Assembly (NCBI GenBank): GCA_028826165.1
Contig: JAPDFW010000123.1
Coordinates: forward strand, 1-64,000
From: Anaeramoeba ignava BMAN
Lineage: Eukaryota > Protista > Anaeramoebae
Direction of reading: 5' to 3'
DNA length: 64,000 bases
In this document: piece after piece, positions 51,649-62,803 of the stretch
How the letters are laid out: the number at the start of each line of letters is the position of its first letter
Numbering within the stretch: the stretch's first letter is position 1
Position numbers and translations under genes: made by a program
Notes under the pieces: model-generated
Databases searched by the model: none
What the model saw: only the letters and a program-made list of their open reading frames with translations
Told to the model about the DNA's origin: nothing

Positions 51649-53260
51649 ATGGAAAAATTTCAAAAAATTAAAAATATTGTTTTAGTTCTTTCTGGAAAAG
51701 GAGGAGTTGGAAAAAGTACAGTTTCTTCCTTTTTAGCAGTTTATTTAAGAAAATTAAATTTTACAGTAAAAAAAAACATTTAAATTTAAATTTGAATTTG
51801 AATTTAAATTTGAATTAAAAATTCACTTTTAATTTTTAAAGGTTGGATTATTAGATATTGATATAACAGGTCCAAATATTCCTCGTATTCTTGGAATTGA
51901 TTCTAATGCTCAAGTTGTTCAAAATGAAAATGAAGAGTATTTTATATTTTTAATTTTTATTTTTATTTTTATATTTTATATTTTTTATTTTTATTTTTAA
52001 AGATGGTTGCCAATTATTGTTGATTCTGAACAGAAATTCAAAGTTATGTCTATTGGGTTTTTAATTGGAAGAACAGATGCTGTTATTTGGAGAGGTTTGT
52101 TACTTCAATTTTTTAACTAATAAATAATTAAATAAATTAAATTTATTTTTTTTTTTGAATTTTAGGACCAAGAAAACATGGTATTTTTTGCAATTCCAAA
52201 TTTAAAATCAAAATCAAAATTAAAATTAAAATCAAAATTAAAATTAAAATTAAAATCAAAATCAAAATCAAATTCAAAATCAAAATCAAAATCAAAATTA
52301 AAATCAAAATTAAAATTAAAATTAAAATTAAAATTCAAATTCAAAATCAAAATCAAAATGAAAATCAAAATTAAAATCAAAATTAAAATCAAAATCAAAA
52401 TCAAAATCAAATTCAAAATTAAAATCAAAATTAAAATCAAAATTAAAATTTAAAATCAAAATCAAATTCAAATTCAAATTTAAAATCAAAATTAAAATTA
52501 AAATTAAAATTAGAATTAAAATCAAAATCAAAATCAAATTTAAAATTAAAATGAAAATCAAAATAAAATCAAAATCAAATTTAAAATTAAAATTAAAATT
52601 AAAATTAAATCAAAATTAAATTTAAAATGAAAATCAAAATTAAAATTAAAATCAAAATTAAAATTAAAATCAAAATCAGCAATGATTAAACAATTTATTC
52701 TCGGAGTTGAATGGGGAGAATTAGATTGGTTAATAATAGATACACCACCAGGAACATCAGACGAACACATTTCATTAGTTGAATTACTTCACCAAGTTGT
52801 ACCTAAAGCAGAATTATTAAAAGGAATAGAAAAAATAGGAGAAATGCAACTTAATCTTGAAGAAAAAGAAGAAGAAAAACAAAAAACAAAAATAGGAGCA
52901 ATTATGGTATCAACACCACAACAAATTTCTGTGATTGATGTGCGCAAAGAAGTGAATTTTTGCGTTAATGTTGATCTTCCAATTATTGGATTAATTGAAA
53001 ATATGTCAGGATTTGTTTGTCCAAATTGTGATAAGATTCACTATATTTTTTCAAGTGATGGTGGCGCAGATCTTGCTAAATCTTCTTTGATTAATTTTTT
53101 GGGTAAAGTTCCCCTTGATCCAAGAGTTTCTGAAATTTGTGATTTAGATGGTGCTTTAGTTCTTTTAGATGATAGTTCTGATAAAAATAATTTATCTAAA
53201 ATAGTTTCTGATGCTTATAATTCAATTATTAAGTTTTTAGTGGACTGGTCCAAGAAATGA
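51649..53260 (+). CDS. CFD1: Cytosolic Fe-S cluster assembly P-loop NTPase Cfd1/NUBP2, 5 exons
   Basis: VLSGKGGVGKSTV, LLDIDITGP, AVIWRG|PRKHA|MIKQF (15-nt exon 52166-52180), IIDTPPGTSDEH and ENMSGFVCPNC; lacks the N-terminal 4-Cys extension of Nbp35. Confidence 0.88.
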
Positions 53261-53261
53261 A

Positions 53262-54050
53262 TTAAAATTCAATTCAAAAATTAAAATTCAAATTCAATTC
53301 AAAATTAAAATTAAAATTAATAATCAAATTAAAATAAAATTAAAATACAATTCAAATTCAAAATTAAAATTAAAATTAAAATTAAAATTAAAATTAAAAT
53401 TCAAATTAAAATCAAAATCAAAATTAAAATTAAAATTAAAATCAAAATTAATAATCAAAAATTAAAATCAAAATTAAAATCAAAATTAAAATTAAATTCA
53501 ATTCAATTCAATTCAATTCAATTCAAAATTAAATTCAATTCAATTCAATTCAATTCATTTCAAAAATTAAAATTAAAATTAAAATTAAAATTCAAATTAA
53601 AATTAAAATTAAAATTAAATTCAATTCAATTCAATTCAATTCAAATTAAAATTAATTTAAAAATTAAAAATAATTAAAAATTAAAATTATAATTAAAATT
53701 CAATTCAAAATTAAAAATTCAAATTAATTTAAAAATTAAAATTAAAATTAAAATTAAAATTAAAATTAAAATTAAAATTAATTCAATTCAATTCAAAATT
53801 AAAATTAAAATTTGAATTAAAATTCAATTCAAAAAATAAAATTCAAATTAAAATTAAAATCAAAATTAAAATTAAATTCAATTCAATTCAATTCAATTCA
53901 ATTCAATTCAAAATTAAATTCAATTCAATTCAATTCAATTCATTTCAAAAATTAAAATTAAAATTAAAATTCAAATTAATTTAAAAATTAAAATTAAAAT
54001 TAAAATTAATTCAATTCAATTCAAATTATAATTAAAATTAATTTAAAAAT
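53262..54050. repeat. Intergenic (AAAATT)n / (AATTC)n simple-repeat block
   Basis: Directly visible. Confidence 0.9.
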
Positions 54051-54119
54051 AAAATCGGAAAAATTTTTTTTTTCATTTTTCATTTTTCATTTTTCATTTT
54101 TCTTCAATTTAAAAATAAA

Positions 54120-57100
54120 ATGCAAAATTTACAAGAAATACAAATAGAATTTGAAAAGGGAGTATTTGGTTCACCATATAATATAAAAGCATGGATGTTA
54201 TATTTAAAACAAAAAAGTGAATCAAGTTTTGAAGAAAGAGGAGAAATTTATAGAAGAGCAGTTTCATATTTATCTGGTTCATATAAATTATGGAGAGCTT
54301 ATTTAATTGAATTAAGATTACAAACAGATGGAAAAAGACCTGATGATAATATCTTTGATTTTGTGAATCAAGAACATGAAAGAGCTTTATCTCATCTTAA
54401 AAAAGTAAAAAATAAAAATTTCAATTAAAAATTTCAATTAAAAATTTCAATTAAAAATTTCAATTAAAAATTTCATTTAAAAAAAAGATGCCAAGAATTT
54501 GGATTGATTATTGTAAGTTTTTAATCTCTCAAAGACTTATTACAAAAACTAGAAGAGTTTTTGATCAAGCTCTTCGTTCTCTTCCTATTTCTCAACATGA
54601 AAGAATTTGGCCTCTTTATATTAAATTTGCAAAATTTTGTGGAGTTATTCAAACTTCTAAACATATTTTTAAAAGATATTTAATGGTTTGTTGAAAATAA
54701 TTAGAATTAAAATTAAAATTAAAATTAAAATTAAAATTAAAATTAAAATTAAAATTAAAATTAAAATTAAATTCATTTCAAAAATTAAAATTAAAATTAA
54801 AATCAATTCAAAAATTAAAATCAATTCAAAAATTAAAATTAAAATTAAAATTCAAATTAAAATTAAAATTAAAATTAAAATTAAAATTAAAATTAAAATT
54901 AAAATTAAAATTAAAATTAAAATTAAAATCAATTCAAAAATTAAAATCAATTCAAAAATCAATTCAAAAATCAATTCAAAAATTAAATTTAAAATCAATT
55001 CAAAAATTAAATTTAAAATCAATTCAAAAATTAAAATTAAAAATTAAAATTAAAATTAAAATTAAAATTAATTCAAAAATCAATTCAAAAATTAAATTTA
55101 AAATCAATTCAAAAATTAAAATTAAATAGCTTTTTCCACAAAGAATTGAAGAATATATCAATTTTTTATTAGATCAAAAATTATATAATTTAGCAGCATT
55201 AAAACTATCAGAAATAATAAACCAAGAACACTTCATTTCCAAAGAAGGAAAAAGTAAATTTGAATTATGGGAAGAATTATGTGATATTTGTTTATCTCAC
55301 GCAAAAGAAATAACAAAAGTTGATATTTATGGAATTATTAAAAGTGGATTCCAATTTTTCTCAAATGATTCAGGAGAAATGTGGAATACTCTTGCAGAAT
55401 ATCATATAAGATTAGGACTTTTTGAAAAAGCAAGAGATATTTTTGAAGAAGGAATTCGAACAGTTAATTCTGTTCGTGATTTTTCTCAAGTTTTTGATGC
55501 TTATATTCAATTTACTGAAAGTTTAATTACTGCTCAAATTGATTTGGAAGAAGATCAATTGGATGAAGTTAATCAAGATTTAAATTCAGATATTTCTCAA
55601 TCTTTACAAATGAAATTATCAAGATTAGATGATTTATTGAAAAGACGACCTGTTTTATTAAATAGTGTTTTATTACGTCAAAATCCTAATAATGTTAATG
55701 AATGGTTACATAGAGTAGAATTATTTTCAAGTGAACCAGAAAAGGTGATTAAATCAAAAAATATTTCAATTCAAATTCAGATTAAATCAAAAAATATTTC
55801 AATTCAAATTAAATTCAAAAATATTTCAATTCAAATTAAAATTAAATTCAAAAATATTTCAATTTAAATTAAATTCAAAAATATTTCAATTCAAATTAAA
55901 ATTAAATTAAAAAATATTTCAATTCAAATTAAATTCAAAAATATTTCAATTCAAAATAAAATTAAAATTAAAAAAAATATTTAAATTAAAATTAAATTAA
56001 AAAATATTTAAATTCAAATTCAAATTAAAATTCAAAAATATTTCAATTTAAAATTAAAATTAAAATTAAAAATATTTCAATTCAAATTAAAATTAAATTA
56101 AAAAATATTTCAATTTAAAATTAAAATTAAATTCAAAAATATTTCAATCCAAAATTCAAATTAAATTAAAAAATATTTCAATTCAAATTAAATTTAAATT
56201 AAAAAATATATTTTTAAAAAAAAAAATAGGTTATCCAAATTTATTCAGACGCTTTAAAAACAATTGACCCTTTAAAATCAGACGGATTTTTATTCCAAAT
56301 TTGGACAAACTTTGCAAACTTTTATGAAAAAAATAATAATAAAAATACAAATGAAGGTTTAAATAATTCACGAGCAATTTTCGAAAAAGGAATCCAATCA
56401 GAATTCCGTTCAGTTCGTGAATTATCATCATTATGGTGTGAATACATCGAATTTGAATTAAGAAATGGATACTTTTCAAACGCACACAATTTAATTCAAA
56501 GAGCAGTTCATCAACCACAAAGCATCCCATCAAAAGAAAAAATGGTCAAAATCCAGACTTTAAATCTCAAATCAGAATCACAAAAACCACAACATAAACT
56601 TTATAAATCAATCAAAATGTGGAGTCTCTATCTCGATCTTGAAGAATCATTTGGAACAATTGAATCAACAAGAGCAATTTACGATCGAGTAATTGAATTG
56701 AAAATTTCAACACCTCAAATTATTATCAATTATGCTCAATTTTTGGAGGAAAACCACTTTTTTGAGGATAGCTTCAAAATATTCGAAAAGGGAATCAGAA
56801 TATTTCATTTCCCTCATTCTTATGACATTTGGGTGACTTATTTAATGAAATTTATTGAGCGCTATGGACCCAAAAAAATTGAACGCGCTCGTGATTTGTT
56901 TGAAGAGGTTTTGGAGGAAGTGCCAATAGAACAGTCAAAAATATTCTTTATTTTAAGTGCCAAATTTGAGGAGGAATTTGGAATGATTCGGCACGCCATG
57001 AATATTTACGACAGAGCAATGAAAACTGTTCCAGACAAAGATAAATATGATATATTTTTAATATTCATTTTGAAAACAACTCAATATTTCGGTGTTACTC

Positions 57101-57738
57101 AATCCAGAGAAATATTCGAACGCGCAATCAAAACTCTTCCAGACGAAAATATCAAGGATATTTGCATTCAATATGCAGGCATGGAAAGGCGTCTGGGAGA
57201 AATAGATAGAGCGCGAGCAATCTATCTTCATGCTGCTCAATTTTGTGATCCAAAAACGGATCAAAATTTCTGGGAAATTTGGAAAGAATTTGAAATCCAA
57301 CACGGAAATGAATTCACATTTAAGGAAATGCTCAGAACTAGAAGAACAATCGAAGCCAAATTTAGTCTTGCTTTGAATTTTGATGCAACAACAAAGAAAT
57401 TTCAAGAACAGGTTTTGATGGATGAAGTTGATGAAAATGAAGAAAATTCAAGTGAGGATGAAATGGATATTCTTGAAAAAGAAACAAATCAAAAACATTC
57501 AAAAAAATCAAATTTTCCAAATCAAAGTGATTCAATGGATGAAGATGAAGATGAAGATGAAGATGAAAATGAAAATGAAAATGAAAATGAAAATGAAAAT
57601 GAAAATGAAATTCAAATGGAAAATGAAATGGATTTTGTTGTAGAACAAAAAGAAGTTCCAAAATCTTTATTTGGTAAATTTAATGTTAATGATGAAACTC
57701 CTTTGGGAGCATTAGAACGTTTTAAGAGGAGAAAATAA
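54120..57738 (+). CDS. SYF1: Pre-mRNA splicing factor SYF1/XAB2 (HAT repeats), 4 exons
   Basis: GSYKLWRAYL, KMPRIWIDY, RRVFDQALRSLP, LLNSVLLRQNPNNVNEW, YLDLEESFG, GEIDRARAIY and HGNEFTFKEMLR; introns include 54686-55129 and 55745-56229, both repeat-filled. Confidence 0.96.
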
Positions 57739-57894
57739 AATAGAATTAAAATTTAAAATTTAAAATTAAAATTAAAATTAAAATTAAAAAAAAATCAGGA
57801 CATTTTTCTTGAACTGGCAAAAAATAATACATAAAAAAAGGAAAATAATTTTTTCAAATTGAAAATTTTCATTTTTTTTTTTTGTAGTTTTGAA

Positions 57895-59374
57895 ATGTTT
57901 CTTAATTATTCAAATACAGAAAAACTATCTCAAAATTTATCAAATTTATTCAAAGAACAAGAATCAAGTCAAAATCCATATGATTTTGAGATTATTTGTA
58001 AAACAAATGAAACAAACACAATTTTCAAGTGTCATAAAACAATTCTTTATGCTAGATTATATGTTTTTGAGAATTTTTTAAATGAGAATCCAAATGAGAA
58101 AAGAATCATTTTAGAAGATGTTTCAAAAGAAACGATTGAAACAGTATTAAGTTATTTATATACAGGAAAAATGCAAATCAATTTAGAAAATTTAGTTCAA
58201 CTTTCTGTTTTTTCATCAAATTATGGATTTCCAGATTTAACGGAAATAGCAACTAGTTTTCTTCAAGAAAATTGTCAAATTGAAAATGTAGTTGAATTAC
58301 TTAAATTATGTGAACTTTCTCAATTAAGTAATTTTGCAAGTATTTGTTATGAATTTCTTTCCGTTAACTTCCTAACGTTTATTGAATCACCTTTTGTCCA
58401 AGAACTCAATGAAAATCAATGGGAAAGAATTCTTTCCAACGATAAACTTATTGCTGATGAATTCCAGATTTTCCAATCATTGATTAAATGGGCAAAATTC
58501 AAATCAAATATTTTGAATCCAACTGAAAAACTTACTGAAAAAGAAAAAGAAAAAATTCATGATACGTTAATAAATATTGTTTCCGAAATTCGGTTTATTG
58601 AGTTTCAACAGAACCAATTAGATTATGTTTTGCAAGCAAGTCTTGTTCCATATTCCCTTGAAAAAACACTTTCTGATTTCAGATCATGGAGCTCTTTCAT
58701 AATTCATGATCGATACTTTGATTTCATTGATGGTTATGAAAAACAATTTATTCAACAAAATCAAAAAAACTCCATTTTTCGTTCAAGAATAAACAGTGTT
58801 TTGTTTGATTCGCTGATTCTGGAAAAGCATTCACATATGAGACTTATAAAAAGTTGGATTTCCGATCATAAATTTTTCCATTCAATGAAATTGGGATTTT
58901 CAACAAGAAAAGATGGATTTTCCTGTCAAAAATGGCATGATTTATGCGATAATCAAGGAAAAACATTAATTCTCATCAAAACAAGTGATAATTTTATTTT
59001 TGGAGGATTTACTTCAGTTGGTTGGGTTTCACATAAAACAAAATTTTCCAAAATTGATCACAAAAATCGAACAGGATTTATTAAAGATTCAAATGCATTT
59101 ATTTTTTCTCTTACAAAACCCAAGAAATGATCCTCCTCAAAGATTTCTTGTTAGAGAAAAGAGTTATGCTCTTGAATATGATTATTCGGAATCAGGTCCT
59201 GATTTCGTTGATTTTGGTCTTTCTCAAGATATGCATCAAGGCCATTCAGAAAGTTTTGGTGCTTCTTATGTAATTCCAAAAGAAATTGATTTTGATATGG
59301 AAAAATCTTGGGATTATTTAGGTGGTTCATTTGGTGAATGGGAAGTTCAAGAGTTGGAAACTTATTTCATTTAA
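57895..59374 (+). CDS. BTB-BACK-TLDc protein (one +1 frameshift)
   Basis: Paralogous to 35919-37369 along its length (NYSNTEKLS, DFEIIC, DEFQIFQSLIKW, KDGFSCQKWH, ETYFI); removing one A at ~59115 gives FSLTNPRND, matching the paralog's FSLRNDKND. Confidence 0.88.
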
Positions 59375-59524
59375 AAAGAAGAAAAAAAATTTTTTATTTT
59401 TCGGGACAATTTTTTATTAAATAAATTTTATTTTATTTTATTTTTAAATTATTTTTTTTTCAAAAAACAAAATTCATTTTTTTCTTTTTTATTTTATTAA
59501 TTTACAATTTTTAAAATTTAAAAA

Positions 59525-61484
59525 ATGAATTCAGTTGATATTTTTGCTATAATTTCAAGTGTTTTTGGAATAATTGGCTCGTTATTAACTATTATAATTT
59601 TTTTACATTTTAAAGAACAAAAATTATTTTATCGAAAATTAATTTTAGTTCTTTCATTTTATGATCTTTTACAATCCATTTCATATATTCTACCTGGAAA
59701 AATAAACATATATGTTTGTCATGTGCAAATGTTTGCTATTGGAATAACTGGAATCACTTCTCAATGTTGGTCTGGTGCTATTTCTTTTGTTTCCTATTTG
59801 AAAGTTGTTAGAAATAAACCTGATGAATATCTTGAAAAAGTTTATAAATATTTTCATATTGCAATGGGTATTTTGGTTTTAATTATTACATTAATTATTA
59901 CTGTTTTTGGAACTCCTACAAAAAAAGATACTTATTGGTAACTTTAATTATAAATATAAATATAAATATAAATATAAATATAATTTCAAATATAAATATG
60001 AATATAAATATAATTTTAAATTTAAATATAATATTAAATATAAATATAAATATAATATTAAATATAAATATAAATATAATATAAATATAAATATAATTAT
60101 AAATATAAATATAATTATAAATATAAATATAAATATAAAATATAAATATAATATTAAATATAATTTTAAAATAAATATAAATATAAAATAAAATAATATT
60201 AAATAAAATAAATATAAATATAAATATAAATATAAATATAAATTTAAATAATATTAAATAAATATAAAATATAAAATATTAAATATAAATATATAAATAT
60301 AAATATAAATACAAATATAAAATATAAATATAAATTTAAATATAAATATAAATATAAATATAAATATAATTATAAATATAATATTAAATATAAATATAAA
60401 TATAATATTAAATATAATTTCAAATATAATATTAATATAAATATAAATATAATTATAAATATAAATATAAATATAATTATAAATATAAATATAAATATAA
60501 TATTAAATATATTAAATATAATTTTAAATTTAATTTAGGTGTTGGTGTTCACAAATGAGAATCACAATGGTTCATTTTTAATAGATTATTTTTAAATAAA
60601 AAAACCAATTAATTTAAATTTTTAATAAATTTTTTATCAAATATGAATTTTAGATGATGTATATCTTTTATTGGATTTTGATGATTTCTTGTTTAATCTT
60701 TTATATTTTAACAGTTATAGAATTAAGAAAAGTTTTTAAAAAAATATTAAAAATTCAATTTAAAGTTTCAAAAGAAAAACAAATGACACAATTTAGAATT
60801 CAATTAAGAATGTCAATGATACCTTTAATTTATATTATTACACTTATTCCAGCAACAATTAAAGTTAATATTTAAAAATTGATTTAAATATTTATTTCAA
60901 AAATTGATTTAAATATTTATTTCAAATATTTATTTCAAAAATTGATTTAAATATTTATTTCAAATATTTATTTAAAAATTGATTTAAAAATTGATTTAAA
61001 TATTTATTTAAATTAATTTAATAATTTATTTAAATATTTATTTAAAAAATTGATTTAAAAATTGGTTTAAAAATTTATTTAAATATTTATTTAAATATTT
61101 ATTTAAATAGAGATTTAAAAATTGATTTCAAAATTTATTTAAAAAATTGATTTAAAAATTGGTTTAAAAATTGATTTAAAAATTGATTTAAAAAATTTAT
61201 TTAAATATTTATTTAAATAGAGATTTAAAGAAGAATTTGATAGTAACTCAAAATCTTCAACAGCAATTAATATTTTACAAGCAATTGGTACAACAACTCA
61301 TGGATTTTGGGATTTCTTAATTTTTGTAGTTTTTGTTGGAGAAATGAGAAGAAAAATAACTAGATGTTATAAAAAAGAACATATTATAGAAGATGATCCA
61401 AAAGTTTCAACAATTCAAGAAATTCCTTTATCAAATGATTCTGGTGGAGAACTGGAACCATTAATGGAACAAATAATAAAATAA
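59525..61484 (+). CDS. cAMP-receptor-like (Dictyostelium Crl/GCR1-type) 7TM receptor, 4 exons
   Basis: Exons 59525-59937, 60539-60569, 60654-60863 and 61221-61484 give hydrophobic helices with YRKLILVLSFYDL, a YWCW extracellular loop, IPLIYII..IPATIKR and HGFWDFLIF. Confidence 0.8.
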
Positions 61485-61605
61485 TATAAAAATAATTAAT
61501 CCAAAAACAAAAATTATTAATTGAAATATTTTTTGATTGAAATAATAAAAAAATTATTCAAAAAAAATTTTTTTTTCATTTTTTTTCTTTTCAAAAAAAT
61601 TTATT

Positions 61606-62677
61606 ATGAAAGCTGTTTGTGTTCAAAATCAAAACGCAAAAAAAGTTTTAGATTTTTTAAAACCTAAATTCCTCCTTAAAAATTTCTTAATAATTAAACA
61701 AGATTCAAAAATGTTTATTCCAGTTATTGATTCATTTGATATTTCAAATACAATTATTCAAAATATTGCTTTTGTTGTCGAAAATATTGAATTCAAAGAA
61801 AAACCCAAAAAATCACAAAACCCAAAAAACTTCAAAAAAGAAATTATGAAAATTCTAACGGAAAAAGAAAAAAAATCAATTAAACCAACTTATGAATTAC
61901 TTGGCAAAATTGCAATTCTTGAAATTGATGAAGTTTTGAATCCAAAAATGTTTGAAATTGGGAAAATTTTATTAGAATGCAATCCAAAAGTGAACACAGT
62001 TGTAAAGAAAAGAGGAAGTCATGAAGGTGAATTCAGAATTCAAAAATATGATTATATTTGTGGAGAAGAAACGATGATCACAAAACACAAAGAAAATAAC
62101 TGTGTGATCAATATTGAAATTGATAAAATGTATTTTTCTTCAAAATCAGCAAGTGAAAGAAAAAGGATTTTTAGTCAGATAAAAACAAATGAAAAAGTTC
62201 TCGTCATGTTTAGTGGATGTGGTCCTTTTGTTTGTACAATTGCTAAGAATTCACCTGCTCAAAAGGTGGTCGGAATTGAACTCAATCCTGATGCTCATCA
62301 ATATTCATTATTGAATATAAAAGAAAATCAAATTGAAAATATTGTTGATCTTTATTTGGGTGATGTCAGACAAATTTGTCCCGAATTGAAAGAAAATGAT
62401 CAATATTTCGATAGAATTGTTATGCCTCTTCCAAAAACTGCAGAAGAATTTTTACCAGATGCTTTTATTGTTGCTAAAAATTCAACTATTATTCATTTAT
62501 ATGATTTTGTTGAACTGGCAAATTTTCCTCAAAATGTTATTCAAAAAATTGAATTTTTTTGTTCTAAATTTGGTTCGGAAATTTGAAATTCTTTGTTCAA
62601 CTAAATGTGGTCAGTTTTCTCCAACTATGTTTAGGGTTTGTGTAGATTTTAGATTGATAAATGAAAATATAAAATGA
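61606..62677 (+). CDS. Trm5/Met10+-family tRNA (guanine-N1) methyltransferase, archaeal-like architecture (one +1 frameshift)
   Basis: YELLGKIAILEI, GEFRIQKY, TKHKEN, YFS...ERKRI, SAM motif VLVMFSGCGPF, GIELNP and FDRIVMPLP; C-terminal CGQFSP...VCVDF lies in the +1 frame after ~62575. Confidence 0.85.
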
Positions 62678-62803
62678 AAAATATAATTAAAAAAAAAGTG
62701 GAATAAAAATAAATAAAAAAGGAGAAAAAATAAAAGGAGAAAAAAAAGCAAAAAAAAAAGCAAAAATTTTTTTTTTTTTTCATTTTTTTTTAAATTAAAA
62801 AAA

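Noticed and set aside
23614-60191. Many ORF-track entries made of KIKIKI, MKMKMK, ILILIL, FDFDFD, INKL or YKYK
   Set aside because: They are alternative-frame or antisense readings of microsatellites and repeat-filled introns, not genes.
6825-62586. About ten frameshifts, all +1 and several ending at T-TGA-A or AAA-TGA (6825, 36607, 45825, 59130, 62586), suggesting Euplotes-like programmed +1 frameshifting
   Set aside because: Where a paralog allows placement (36630: LKEDLIP; 59115: LTNPRND), the shift lies several codons upstream of the stop, in an A or T run. TGA is the expected out-of-frame stop in NNT-GAA-rich genes. Long-read homopolymer insertion errors explain this better; short-read polishing would settle it.
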